63,800 bases of DNA from positions 1-63,800 of the forward strand of contig JBDSUM010000020.1 of the NCBI GenBank assembly GCA_039927695.1. Direction: 5' to 3'. Under the pieces are notes generated by a model, which was given only the letters and a program-made list of their open reading frames with translations, was not told where the DNA came from and ran no database searches. The translations under genes were made by a program, and so were the position numbers. Source of the DNA: Minisyncoccota bacterium (GTDB taxonomy: Bacteria; Patescibacteriota; Minisyncoccia; Phycocordibacterales; Phycocordibacteraceae). Of this stretch, positions 1 to 6,650 are shown one piece after another (the stretch's first letter is position 1; every line of letters begins with the position of its first letter).

Positions 1-23
1 GTCGGGGATAGTATTACCCCGAC
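1..23 (+). promoter_or_regulatory. Rolling-circle replication origin stem-loop of CRESS-DNA-virus type, carrying the nonanucleotide TAGTATTAC (9-17)
   Basis: Read directly: 1-7 GTCGGGG pairs with 17-23 CCCCGAC. The loop carries the circovirus/nanovirus nick-site nonamer TAGTATTAC. It lies 24 nt upstream of a Rep gene. Confidence 0.8.
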
Positions 24-39
24 TTCGGGACATTTGGAC
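20..39 (+). repeat. Iteron-like triplet CGAC/GGAC/GGAC at 20-23, 28-31 and 36-39 (8-nt period) beside the origin hairpin
   Basis: Read directly in ccccGACttcgGGACatttGGAC. The position matches where Rep-binding iterons sit in circoviruses. The repeats are short, so chance is possible. Confidence 0.3.
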
Positions 40-46
40 AAAACTT

Positions 47-946
47 ATGGATAAGCAGCTTAAAAGTCGGAGATTTTGCTTTACGATTCCGAACTACTCG
101 GAAGAAGATTTAGAGCGTTTTCACATACTTGCTCAAGAACTGAAGGATCATTGCTACATCTCGTATGGAATTGAAACTGGAGAAACTGGATTTCCTCATA
201 TCCAAGGCTACGTTGAACTCTATACAGCTCAACGATACGCATATCTACAAAAGTATTTTGACTTCAAGAAAGATGGTGAGTTATTAAAATTCCATGTCGA
301 GAAAGCAAATGGTACCGCTGAAGAAAACCGGAAATATACTCAAAAAGAAGGCAATAGCTTTGAATATGGAGAACCTTTAAAGCAAGGTTCTCGTACTGAC
401 TTAAGTGAGATTAAAGAAGCTGTAAGTATGTCCCCTAGAGATATTACAAAGATAGTTCACAACCTCATACAAAATAATCAGCAACTGAAATTTGCAGAGG
501 GTTTGCAACGTTATTATCTTCCTCATCGAGACCCTGCTATTCCTCCGAGAGTATTTTGGCTTTACGGGCAAACTGGCATTGGTAAGACCTCTCTCGTATT
601 TAGAACATTTAAGGATATCTGCGCTGTGTCCTCATATGACTGGCTTGGAACAGACTATATGCAAAACGAGTGCTTCCTTCTAGACGATTACCGAGGATTT
701 GATATTAACTTTAACGAACTACTCCGTCTCACTGATCGTTTTCCGTATACGCTCTACTTCAAAGGTGGGCAAATACCATTCAATTCTCCGTACATTGTGA
801 TTACCTCGCCCTTAAGTATTGACCAGACTTTTAGAGGAAATAATGAGAATCTCCAGCAGCTAAAACGCCGTGTTATTGAGATAGACCTTGATATGGAGCT
901 GGATATAGATTCTATTAATTTGAGGAATTATCAAGAAGGAGCATAA
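47..946 (+). CDS. rep: CRESS-type replication initiator Rep (HUH endonuclease fused to SF3 helicase)
   Basis: 299 aa. HUH motif I CFTIPNY, motif II PHIQGYVEL, motif III YTQKEG. Walker A GQTGIGKTS, Walker B FLLDDY, motif C VITSP. The block LLRLTDRFPY..KGGQIPF parallels circovirus Rep. Confidence 0.93.
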   Translation: MDKQLKSRRFCFTIPNYSEEDLERFHILAQELKDHCYISYGIETGETGFPHIQGYVELYTAQRYAYLQKYFDFKKDGELLKFHVEKANGTAEENRKYTQKEGNSFEYGEPLKQGSRTDLSEIKEAVSMSPRDITKIVHNLIQNNQQLKFAEGLQRYYLPHRDPAIPPRVFWLYGQTGIGKTSLVFRTFKDICAVSSYDWLGTDYMQNECFLLDDYRGFDINFNELLRLTDRFPYTLYFKGGQIPFNSPYIVITSPLSIDQTFRGNNENLQQLKRRVIEIDLDMELDIDSINLRNYQEGA

Positions 947-2439
947 TGCGGCTAAGTATGAAATATCTCATATACGCACGTAAGTCCTCAGAAAGTGAAG
1001 AACGCCAAGTACTCTCTATTCCTGCACAGTTAAGCGAACTGAAAGATATAGCTGAAAAAGAAGAATACGAGGTAGCTAAAATCTTTGAAGAAAGTATGTC
1101 TGCTAAGGCTTCTGGCCGTCCGTTGTTCAATCAAATGCTAGAGCTAATTCAGAAAGGTAAAGGATATTCTCTACTCGTTTGGAATGTAGACCGCCTTGCT
1201 CGAAATATGGTTGATGGTGGTATGCTCCTTGAGCTCATGGATCAAGGCAAGATTCTGGAAATTCGCACTTACGAACGTACCTATCGCAATACTCCTGACG
1301 ATAAGTTTATGATGTCGCTCTACTTCGGTATGGCTAAGAAGTATGTTGACGATCTCTCCGTAAACGTTAAGCGAGGTAACTTAGAAAAACTTAAGCGTGG
1401 TGATTGGACAAGTCGTGCTCCATTCGGTTATTCAAATAATAAAGCGACAAAGACAATAGCTGTTGATACTGTTCGCGCTCCATATGTTCATGAGATGTTT
1501 GAACTCTATTCCACTGGTCTGCATAGCTCACAAGACATTTCAAACCTCCTATACGAAAAAGGTCTGCGTTCTTCTTCTGGAAAGAAAATATATAAATCGG
1601 GCGTACAGAAGATAATTAACTCTCGTTTCTATACAGGAATCATGGAAGCTAATGGAAACGAGTATTTAGGAAATCACGAGCCACTCGTATCTACTCAACT
1701 CTTTGAAAAGTGCAAAGAAGTATCAGACAAGAAAGCACGTCGTACTCGTCCTAAAACACTAAGCTTTACACTCTCTGGCTTCATGACGTGTGCCAATTGC
1801 GGTTGCGCCATAACTGCTGAACTCAAGAAGAATAAATATATCTACTATCACTGCACTAATGGAAAAGGTATTTGTGATCAACGCTCATTTAATGCCAATG
1901 AGACTGAACTGCATAAGCAAATCACTCTCGACCTAAAGAAACTGAAGATTAGCCCGAGAATGATTGATATTGTCTACAAGGCCAAGCTCGAAGAATTGGA
2001 ACATTCAAAGGGAACAGGTGATCATGCATTAGAAGACGCTCAGAAAGCCCTTAAATTGCTCGCCACACGCAAGTCTAGACTCGTAGACACCTATACCGAG
2101 GGAGACATAGATACCGACCTCTATAGGGCTAAACTAAGAGAAATAGATAACGAGAACGTTCGCCTCACTAAGCGCATAGCTGATTTAGAGAAAGAAGTCT
2201 CTGACCCACTCGCAACTATCGAACTCATCTATTCCAAGTTTAAAGAAGGTATTTCCTTGTCGGAACGGTACAAAGCAGTTGAACCTAGCGAAAGACGCAT
2301 CATACTCTCAGAAGCACTATCGAACTCCACTCTACTAAATCGAAATATCGCAGAGATACAGTACAAAAGTCCGTATAACATATTCGCTTTAGCACCCTTA
2401 AACCCTACTTTTTCAGAAATGCTGGCGGGGTCGGTCTAG
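946..2439 (+). CDS. Large serine recombinase (resolvase/invertase catalytic domain, recombinase domain, zinc ribbon, coiled coil)
   Basis: 497 aa. N-terminal LIYARKSSESEE and VWNVDRLARN. Zinc ribbon CANCGC..YYHCTNGKGIC. The ATG overlaps the rep stop (TAATG at 944-948), with SD GAAGGAG at 935-941. Confidence 0.9.
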   Translation: MRLSMKYLIYARKSSESEERQVLSIPAQLSELKDIAEKEEYEVAKIFEESMSAKASGRPLFNQMLELIQKGKGYSLLVWNVDRLARNMVDGGMLLELMDQGKILEIRTYERTYRNTPDDKFMMSLYFGMAKKYVDDLSVNVKRGNLEKLKRGDWTSRAPFGYSNNKATKTIAVDTVRAPYVHEMFELYSTGLHSSQDISNLLYEKGLRSSSGKKIYKSGVQKIINSRFYTGIMEANGNEYLGNHEPLVSTQLFEKCKEVSDKKARRTRPKTLSFTLSGFMTCANCGCAITAELKKNKYIYYHCTNGKGICDQRSFNANETELHKQITLDLKKLKISPRMIDIVYKAKLEELEHSKGTGDHALEDAQKALKLLATRKSRLVDTYTEGDIDTDLYRAKLREIDNENVRLTKRIADLEKEVSDPLATIELIYSKFKEGISLSERYKAVEPSERRIILSEALSNSTLLNRNIAEIQYKSPYNIFALAPLNPTFSEMLAGSV

Positions 2440-2551
2440 AACTCTATTATATTAAGCCTCCGTTGCGCCTCAGAGCGAATTTGAGTGTTGATAAAACGAT
2501 GGGAGTCGGACAGTGATTTAATCCACGCACTGGACCGATTACGGTACGGCA

Positions 2552-2818
2552 TCAACCAAAGGTCGCGCCTCTTAAAGAGAAAAGTAAATACAGGAACGCG
2601 ATCGCAGCAACTAAGATACTAACATCAATGAATAGTAGAACCAGGCGAAGGATCTTATCAGAAGTTTTGGTAAATGTTCGCATCCTTGCATAAATCAGAT
2701 GCCATACCGCCAGGACAGGACCGATCACAGATGACAAGAATAGGATCGTCCAATTTGAATCTGAGAATCCTATCGTAACTAAAACGAAGAGTGCGATGTA
2801 CCCTGCGATAAATATCAT
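2552..2818 (-). CDS. Small hypothetical membrane protein (about 3 TM helices). The ORF is open up to 2914, so the start is uncertain.
   Basis: Hydrophobic segments IFIAGYIALFVLVTIGF, ILFLSSVIGPVLAVW and LVLLFIDVSILVAAIAFLYLL. No recognisable family. Confidence 0.4.
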   Translation of the reverse strand: MIFIAGYIALFVLVTIGFSDSNWTILFLSSVIGPVLAVWHLIYARMRTFTKTSDKILRLVLLFIDVSILVAAIAFLYLLFSLRGATFG

Positions 2819-2951
2819 ATCGGTAATTGTGTTACGAAGAAATAAATGAGCAGGCCAGGATTCATATACTCTATGCATACCACACATGCTGCTTCTGTAC
2901 GGGCATATCGACACAATGAGCCGCGGATGCTAAACACTAGCCTCAATCGGG

Positions 2952-3036
2952 CGGAGAGGGGGAGATTCGAACTCCCGATACCTTTCGGCATGCCGGTTTT
3001 CGAAACCGGTCGTTTCAACCACTCACGCACCTCTCC
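2952..3036 (-). tRNA. tRNA-Ser: tRNA-Ser (anticodon CGA), long variable arm, no encoded CCA
   Basis: Acceptor GGAGAGG/CCTCTCC. Anticodon arm CCGGT-TTCGAAA-ACCGG. T arm GGGAG-TTCGAAT-CTCCC. Confidence 0.9.
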
Positions 3037-3103
3037 GTGGTTTCGACATCCTAGCATTTTTGGCCTAGAAAATGTAGGATAGCAAGGTGAGAGTTCGCAG
3101 AAA

Positions 3104-3175
3104 GGTCCCATCGTCTAACGGTTAGGACGCCCGCCTTTCACGCAGGAAATCGGGGTTCGATTCCCCGTGGGATCA
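3104..3175 (+). tRNA. tRNA-Glu: tRNA-Glu (anticodon TTC)
   Basis: Acceptor GGTCCCA/TGGGATC. Anticodon loop CTTTCAC. T arm GGGGTTCGATTCCCC. Confidence 0.9.
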
Positions 3176-3181
3176 TGCAAC

Positions 3182-3220
3182 CAGAAAGCCGCCCACATGG
3201 CATATGTGAGCGGCTTTCTG
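3182..3220. terminator. Bidirectional hairpin terminator between tRNA-Glu and the pirin gene
   Basis: CAGAAAGCCGC...GCGGCTTTCTG, plus inner CACAT/ATGTG pairing. Confidence 0.7.
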
Positions 3221-3232
3221 CATTATCTACTG

Positions 3233-3940
3233 TTACTGCATCAGAACCTCAATAACAAGAAGCTCAGATGACTCGAGTGCGGAAATGTCTGCAGTAGCAG
3301 CATCTGTAACACCCATAGCGTCTCGTGCAAACAATGTTTCACCCTGCACTTCGATACTTCCGGATATAACAAATAGGTATATTCCATTCCCTTCTATGCG
3401 GGTGTTGTAAGAACTGGCGGTTCCCTTTTCCAATACAAGTTTAGAAATATACGCGTCTTGGTTAATACCCAGACCTTTCTTCGTGTCTTCAGGGCCAACT
3501 AAGAGAGTGGTGTTTTCATTCTTTTCGTTTGAAATACTTGCCTGTGCGTATCGCGGAGCAATACCAAGCTTCTTAGGAAGAATCCAGATCTGGAAAAGTT
3601 CCAATGCCTCTGTGGTCGATGCATTGTATTCAGAGTGAGCGACACCAGTTCCAGCAGACATAACCTGCACTTCTCCTGCTCGTACGGTTCCGACATTTCC
3701 CATATTATCTTTGTGCGTCAATTCACCGCTCATTACTATGGTGATTATTTCCATATCCCGGTGCTGGTGCATGCCGAAACCATTGTCTGCACTAATACGG
3801 TCATCATTTATAACAATGAGTTTTCCAAAGCCTGTGCGAGCGGGATTGTACCAATCGGCAAAGCTAAAGCTGTAACGAGTCGTAAGCCAGCCATAGTCTC
3901 CTCGTCCGCGATCCCCTGCGCGATGTACGACGTTGTTCAT
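3233..3940 (-). CDS. Pirin family protein (bicupin)
   Basis: 235 aa. N-terminal GDYGWLTTRYSFSFADWYNP and the metal-site region FGMHQHRDMEIITIVMSGELTHKD, both typical of the pirin/YhhW family. Confidence 0.85.
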   Translation of the reverse strand: MNNVVHRAGDRGRGDYGWLTTRYSFSFADWYNPARTGFGKLIVINDDRISADNGFGMHQHRDMEIITIVMSGELTHKDNMGNVGTVRAGEVQVMSAGTGVAHSEYNASTTEALELFQIWILPKKLGIAPRYAQASISNEKNENTTLLVGPEDTKKGLGINQDAYISKLVLEKGTASSYNTRIEGNGIYLFVISGSIEVQGETLFARDAMGVTDAATADISALESSELLVIEVLMQ

Positions 3941-3988
3941 CCCATAAGTATGCCTTACCGCGTGTGAAGGATACGTGGGGACAATTAA

Positions 3989-4023
3989 AATACCGCCAAT
4001 TCCTAAAAGGAATTGGCGGTATT
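3989..4023 (-). terminator. Rho-independent terminator of the 4038-4364 gene
   Basis: AATACCGCCAATTCC-TAAAA-GGAATTGGCGGTATT, followed by a T-run on the minus strand. Confidence 0.75.
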
Positions 4024-4037
4024 GAATATGCCTGATT

Positions 4038-4364
4038 TCACCATCGTATGACAGTTATCAAATATCCAACCATCGCAAGACATGCAACACCGCACAGTGC
4101 ATTACAAAGTGCACGTAAGACTCTTGGGTGACGGTACTGCAAATACGTAAGTATGGCCGCACCAATTGTAAATGGCAGTATTGTCGTCGAAAGTCTCAGT
4201 GTGTAACAAAATCTCTTGAGAGATAGGATTGATGGCACTGGCAGATTGACGTGGATAATGCACTCAGCGCTAATGCCAGTGACAAACATCAACACGCTGT
4301 ACATAACAAGGAACGAATACAATACGCGGAGCAGTGACCATGCTCGCGATATAACACGACGCAT
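4038..4364 (-). CDS. Hypothetical small membrane protein
   Basis: 108 aa with about 3 hydrophobic helices. It has its own terminator. No recognisable family. Confidence 0.5.
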   Translation of the reverse strand: MRRVISRAWSLLRVLYSFLVMYSVLMFVTGISAECIIHVNLPVPSILSLKRFCYTLRLSTTILPFTIGAAILTYLQYRHPRVLRALCNALCGVACLAMVGYLITVIRW

Positions 4365-4485
4365 GACAATTCTCCTTTCTAAAAGCGTTTGCTATACAAT
4401 ATACCACTTATTTAGCTTTAAGCAAAGCCCATAGCTCTCTTCACTATTTGAATCTGGTAGTAAATACGGTATCCTTCTGACTATT

Positions 4486-4561
4486 GCGCGGTTAGCTCAG
4501 TTGGTAGAGCGCGTCATTGACGTTGACGATGTCGGGGGTTCGAATCCCTCACCGCGCACCA
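4486..4561 (+). tRNA. tRNA-Val: tRNA-Val (anticodon GAC) with encoded CCA
   Basis: Acceptor GCGCGGT/ACCGCGC. Anticodon arm CGTCA-TTGACGT-TGACG. T arm GGGGG-TTCGAAT-CCCTC. ACCA end at 4558-4561. Confidence 0.92.
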
Positions 4562-5412
4562 TGGAAAACCCAAGAACTATCGTTCTCTATCACGGAAACT
4601 GCCCTGACGGGTTCGGTGGTGCTTACGCTGCGTGGAAGAAATTTGGTGACACTGCTGAATACATGCCGTTGCATCATAACCGGCCAGCGCCACTTGAGAT
4701 TAAAGATTCCATTTTGTACTTCATCGACTTCTGTTACCCAAAGAATGTTATGGATCAATTCGTGGCACAAAATAAAGACGTTACGGTTCTTGACCACCAC
4801 GAAGGTCTCGAAGAAGTAGTCGAGACTATGCCGCATTATGTGTACGACTCAAATCGCTCGGGTGCCACTATTGCATGGTCATACTTCCATCCAGAAATTC
4901 CCGTTCCACAAATGTTTAAGTATGTTGAAGATGGGGATCTATACCGCTTTGTACACCCAGAAGGACGCGCAATACTCGCCTATGTATATGCGCAGCCATA
5001 CACATTTCCATCATGGGAGTCCTTGATTGCAAGAGTAGAGTCTGAGGAAGGGCGAGCTGCAATAAGCAACATTGGAACAACATATCTCGAATACAAAACG
5101 ATACTGATGAAGCAGATAGCTGCTACTGCTGAACCTGTTCGCTTTGAGGGGTATGAATGTATGCTTGCTTCTGCATCACGTGTATTTGTCTCAGACGTAG
5201 GGCACGAGTTATACACCGCGCATCCTCCCATTGCACTTGTGGTTAATACTCGAGTCGATGGTCTACGCGTTTCCATGCGTGGAGACGGCACCGTTGATCT
5301 TGCGAAGATTGCTCAAAAGTATGGAGGCAATGGTCATTTCAGTGCAGCTGCGTTCTCACTCCCCTGGGGCACTCCTATTCCTTGGGAAGTGGTGAAGAAA
5401 GAAGAGGTGTAA
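4561..5412 (+). CDS. DHH-family phosphoesterase (DHH/DHHA1, NrnB-like)
   Basis: 283 aa starting MENPRTIVLYHGNCPDGFGG. Motifs VLDHHEG and GGNGHFSAAAF. The track ORF start at 4501 lies inside tRNA-Val, so the ATG at 4561 is used. Confidence 0.8.
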   Translation: MENPRTIVLYHGNCPDGFGGAYAAWKKFGDTAEYMPLHHNRPAPLEIKDSILYFIDFCYPKNVMDQFVAQNKDVTVLDHHEGLEEVVETMPHYVYDSNRSGATIAWSYFHPEIPVPQMFKYVEDGDLYRFVHPEGRAILAYVYAQPYTFPSWESLIARVESEEGRAAISNIGTTYLEYKTILMKQIAATAEPVRFEGYECMLASASRVFVSDVGHELYTAHPPIALVVNTRVDGLRVSMRGDGTVDLAKIAQKYGGNGHFSAAAFSLPWGTPIPWEVVKKEEV

Positions 5413-5422
5413 GATTTTAATA

Positions 5423-6610
5423 ATGAAGATACTCGCAATTGAAACCTCCTGCGATGAAACGGCAGTAGCTGTGCTTGAGTGCGAATCTACTGGCGAAGGG
5501 AACGCTGCGCGCTTTACGGTGCTCGGCAACGCGCTTTTATCACAAATTGAGATACACCGAGAATTTGGTGGTGTATACCCTGCTGTCGCTAAGCGAGAGC
5601 ACGCAAAGAACTTAGTTCCCCTTTTAGAAAGCGCGCTTGCTGAAGCAAACATGCTTCACGAAGATACTCAATCTATGGATTCGGGTGTGCACGATGCCAT
5701 TACGGCAACACTTGAGCGCGAACCAGGACTCACGGAAGCATTCCTTGCATCCATTGGTGAGATGGAGAAGCCCGAGATTGATGCTATAGCCGTTACGGCA
5801 GGGCCAGGGCTTGAGCCGGCTTTGTGGGTTGGCGTTAATTTCGCTAAGGCATTGTCACTTGCATGGGACAAGCCAATTGTTTCGGTAAATCATATGGAGG
5901 GTCATATTTGTACTGCACTTGCTACTTCCACTGACCAATCTCTCGATATCCCCTCAACTGAACTCCCTCTCCTTTCACTTCTTATTTCTGGTGGTCACAC
6001 CGAGCTAGTACTAGCGCGCGAATGGCTTTCATATGAACTCATAGGTGCAACGCGAGACGATGCGGTTGGTGAAGCATTTGATAAGGTGGCACGCATGCTT
6101 GGACTCCCCTATCCAGGAGGTCCTGAGATTTCAAGACTTGCTGAACTCGCACGAGCACGCGGTGGAGAGAATCCCTATACTCTCCCGCGACCAATGATTC
6201 ATGATCCCCATTGCGACTTCTCCTTCAGCGGACTTAAGACATCTGTCCTCTATTTAGTTAAAGATAAGGAACTAAGTGAGACACAAAAAGAAGACCTCGC
6301 TCTAGCCTTTGAAGACGCTGTGGCAGACGTGCTGTACGCAAAGACAAGTCGTGCGCTTATGGATACGAGCGCAAAAACACTCGCTCTTGGTGGTGGCGTG
6401 TCAGCAAACACTCATATTAAGCGCGCGTTCGCAGAGCGGATGGCAGCAGACTTCCCCGATGTGCGTCTATGCATTCCTGCTGCTTCGCTCACGTCTGACA
6501 ACGCACTTATGATCGGCATGGCTGGTTTTTATCACGCCGCAAAAGGCGACTTCGTCGTCCTCGACGAGCTTAAAGCCAATGGCAACCGTAAACTCGCTGA
6601 CGCAGCGTAA
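5423..6610 (+). CDS. tsaD: tRNA N6-adenosine threonylcarbamoyltransferase TsaD (Kae1/Gcp family)
   Basis: 395 aa. MKILAIETSCDETAVAV, VNHMEGH, SGGHTEL, and FSFSGLKTS blocks. Confidence 0.9.
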   Translation: MKILAIETSCDETAVAVLECESTGEGNAARFTVLGNALLSQIEIHREFGGVYPAVAKREHAKNLVPLLESALAEANMLHEDTQSMDSGVHDAITATLEREPGLTEAFLASIGEMEKPEIDAIAVTAGPGLEPALWVGVNFAKALSLAWDKPIVSVNHMEGHICTALATSTDQSLDIPSTELPLLSLLISGGHTELVLAREWLSYELIGATRDDAVGEAFDKVARMLGLPYPGGPEISRLAELARARGGENPYTLPRPMIHDPHCDFSFSGLKTSVLYLVKDKELSETQKEDLALAFEDAVADVLYAKTSRALMDTSAKTLALGGGVSANTHIKRAFAERMAADFPDVRLCIPAASLTSDNALMIGMAGFYHAAKGDFVVLDELKANGNRKLADAA

Positions 6611-6650
6611 CTAAGGCAAATCCGCCCTGTATTTGCTATAGTAAGAGCAA

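Larger units (their letters stand above)
1..2439 (+). mobile_element. Putative integrated rolling-circle element (origin, Rep, serine recombinase). The left end is outside the window and the right end is undefined, somewhere in 2440-2951.
   Basis: Replication and recombination genes are co-located, the segment is visibly AT-richer than the flank, and it abuts the tRNA-Ser 3' end. No att sites were identified. Confidence 0.55.

Noticed and set aside
2815-3111. Track ORFs 2815-3111 (-) and 2846-3082 (+).
   Set aside because: Both run straight through tRNA-Ser(CGA) at 2952-3036 and have no protein-like features.
4501-4560. A 20-codon N-terminal extension of the DHH phosphoesterase ORF (MVERVIDVDDVGGSNPSPRT).
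   Set aside because: These codons are the body of tRNA-Val itself. The conserved protein begins at MENPRTIVLYHGNCPDG (4561).
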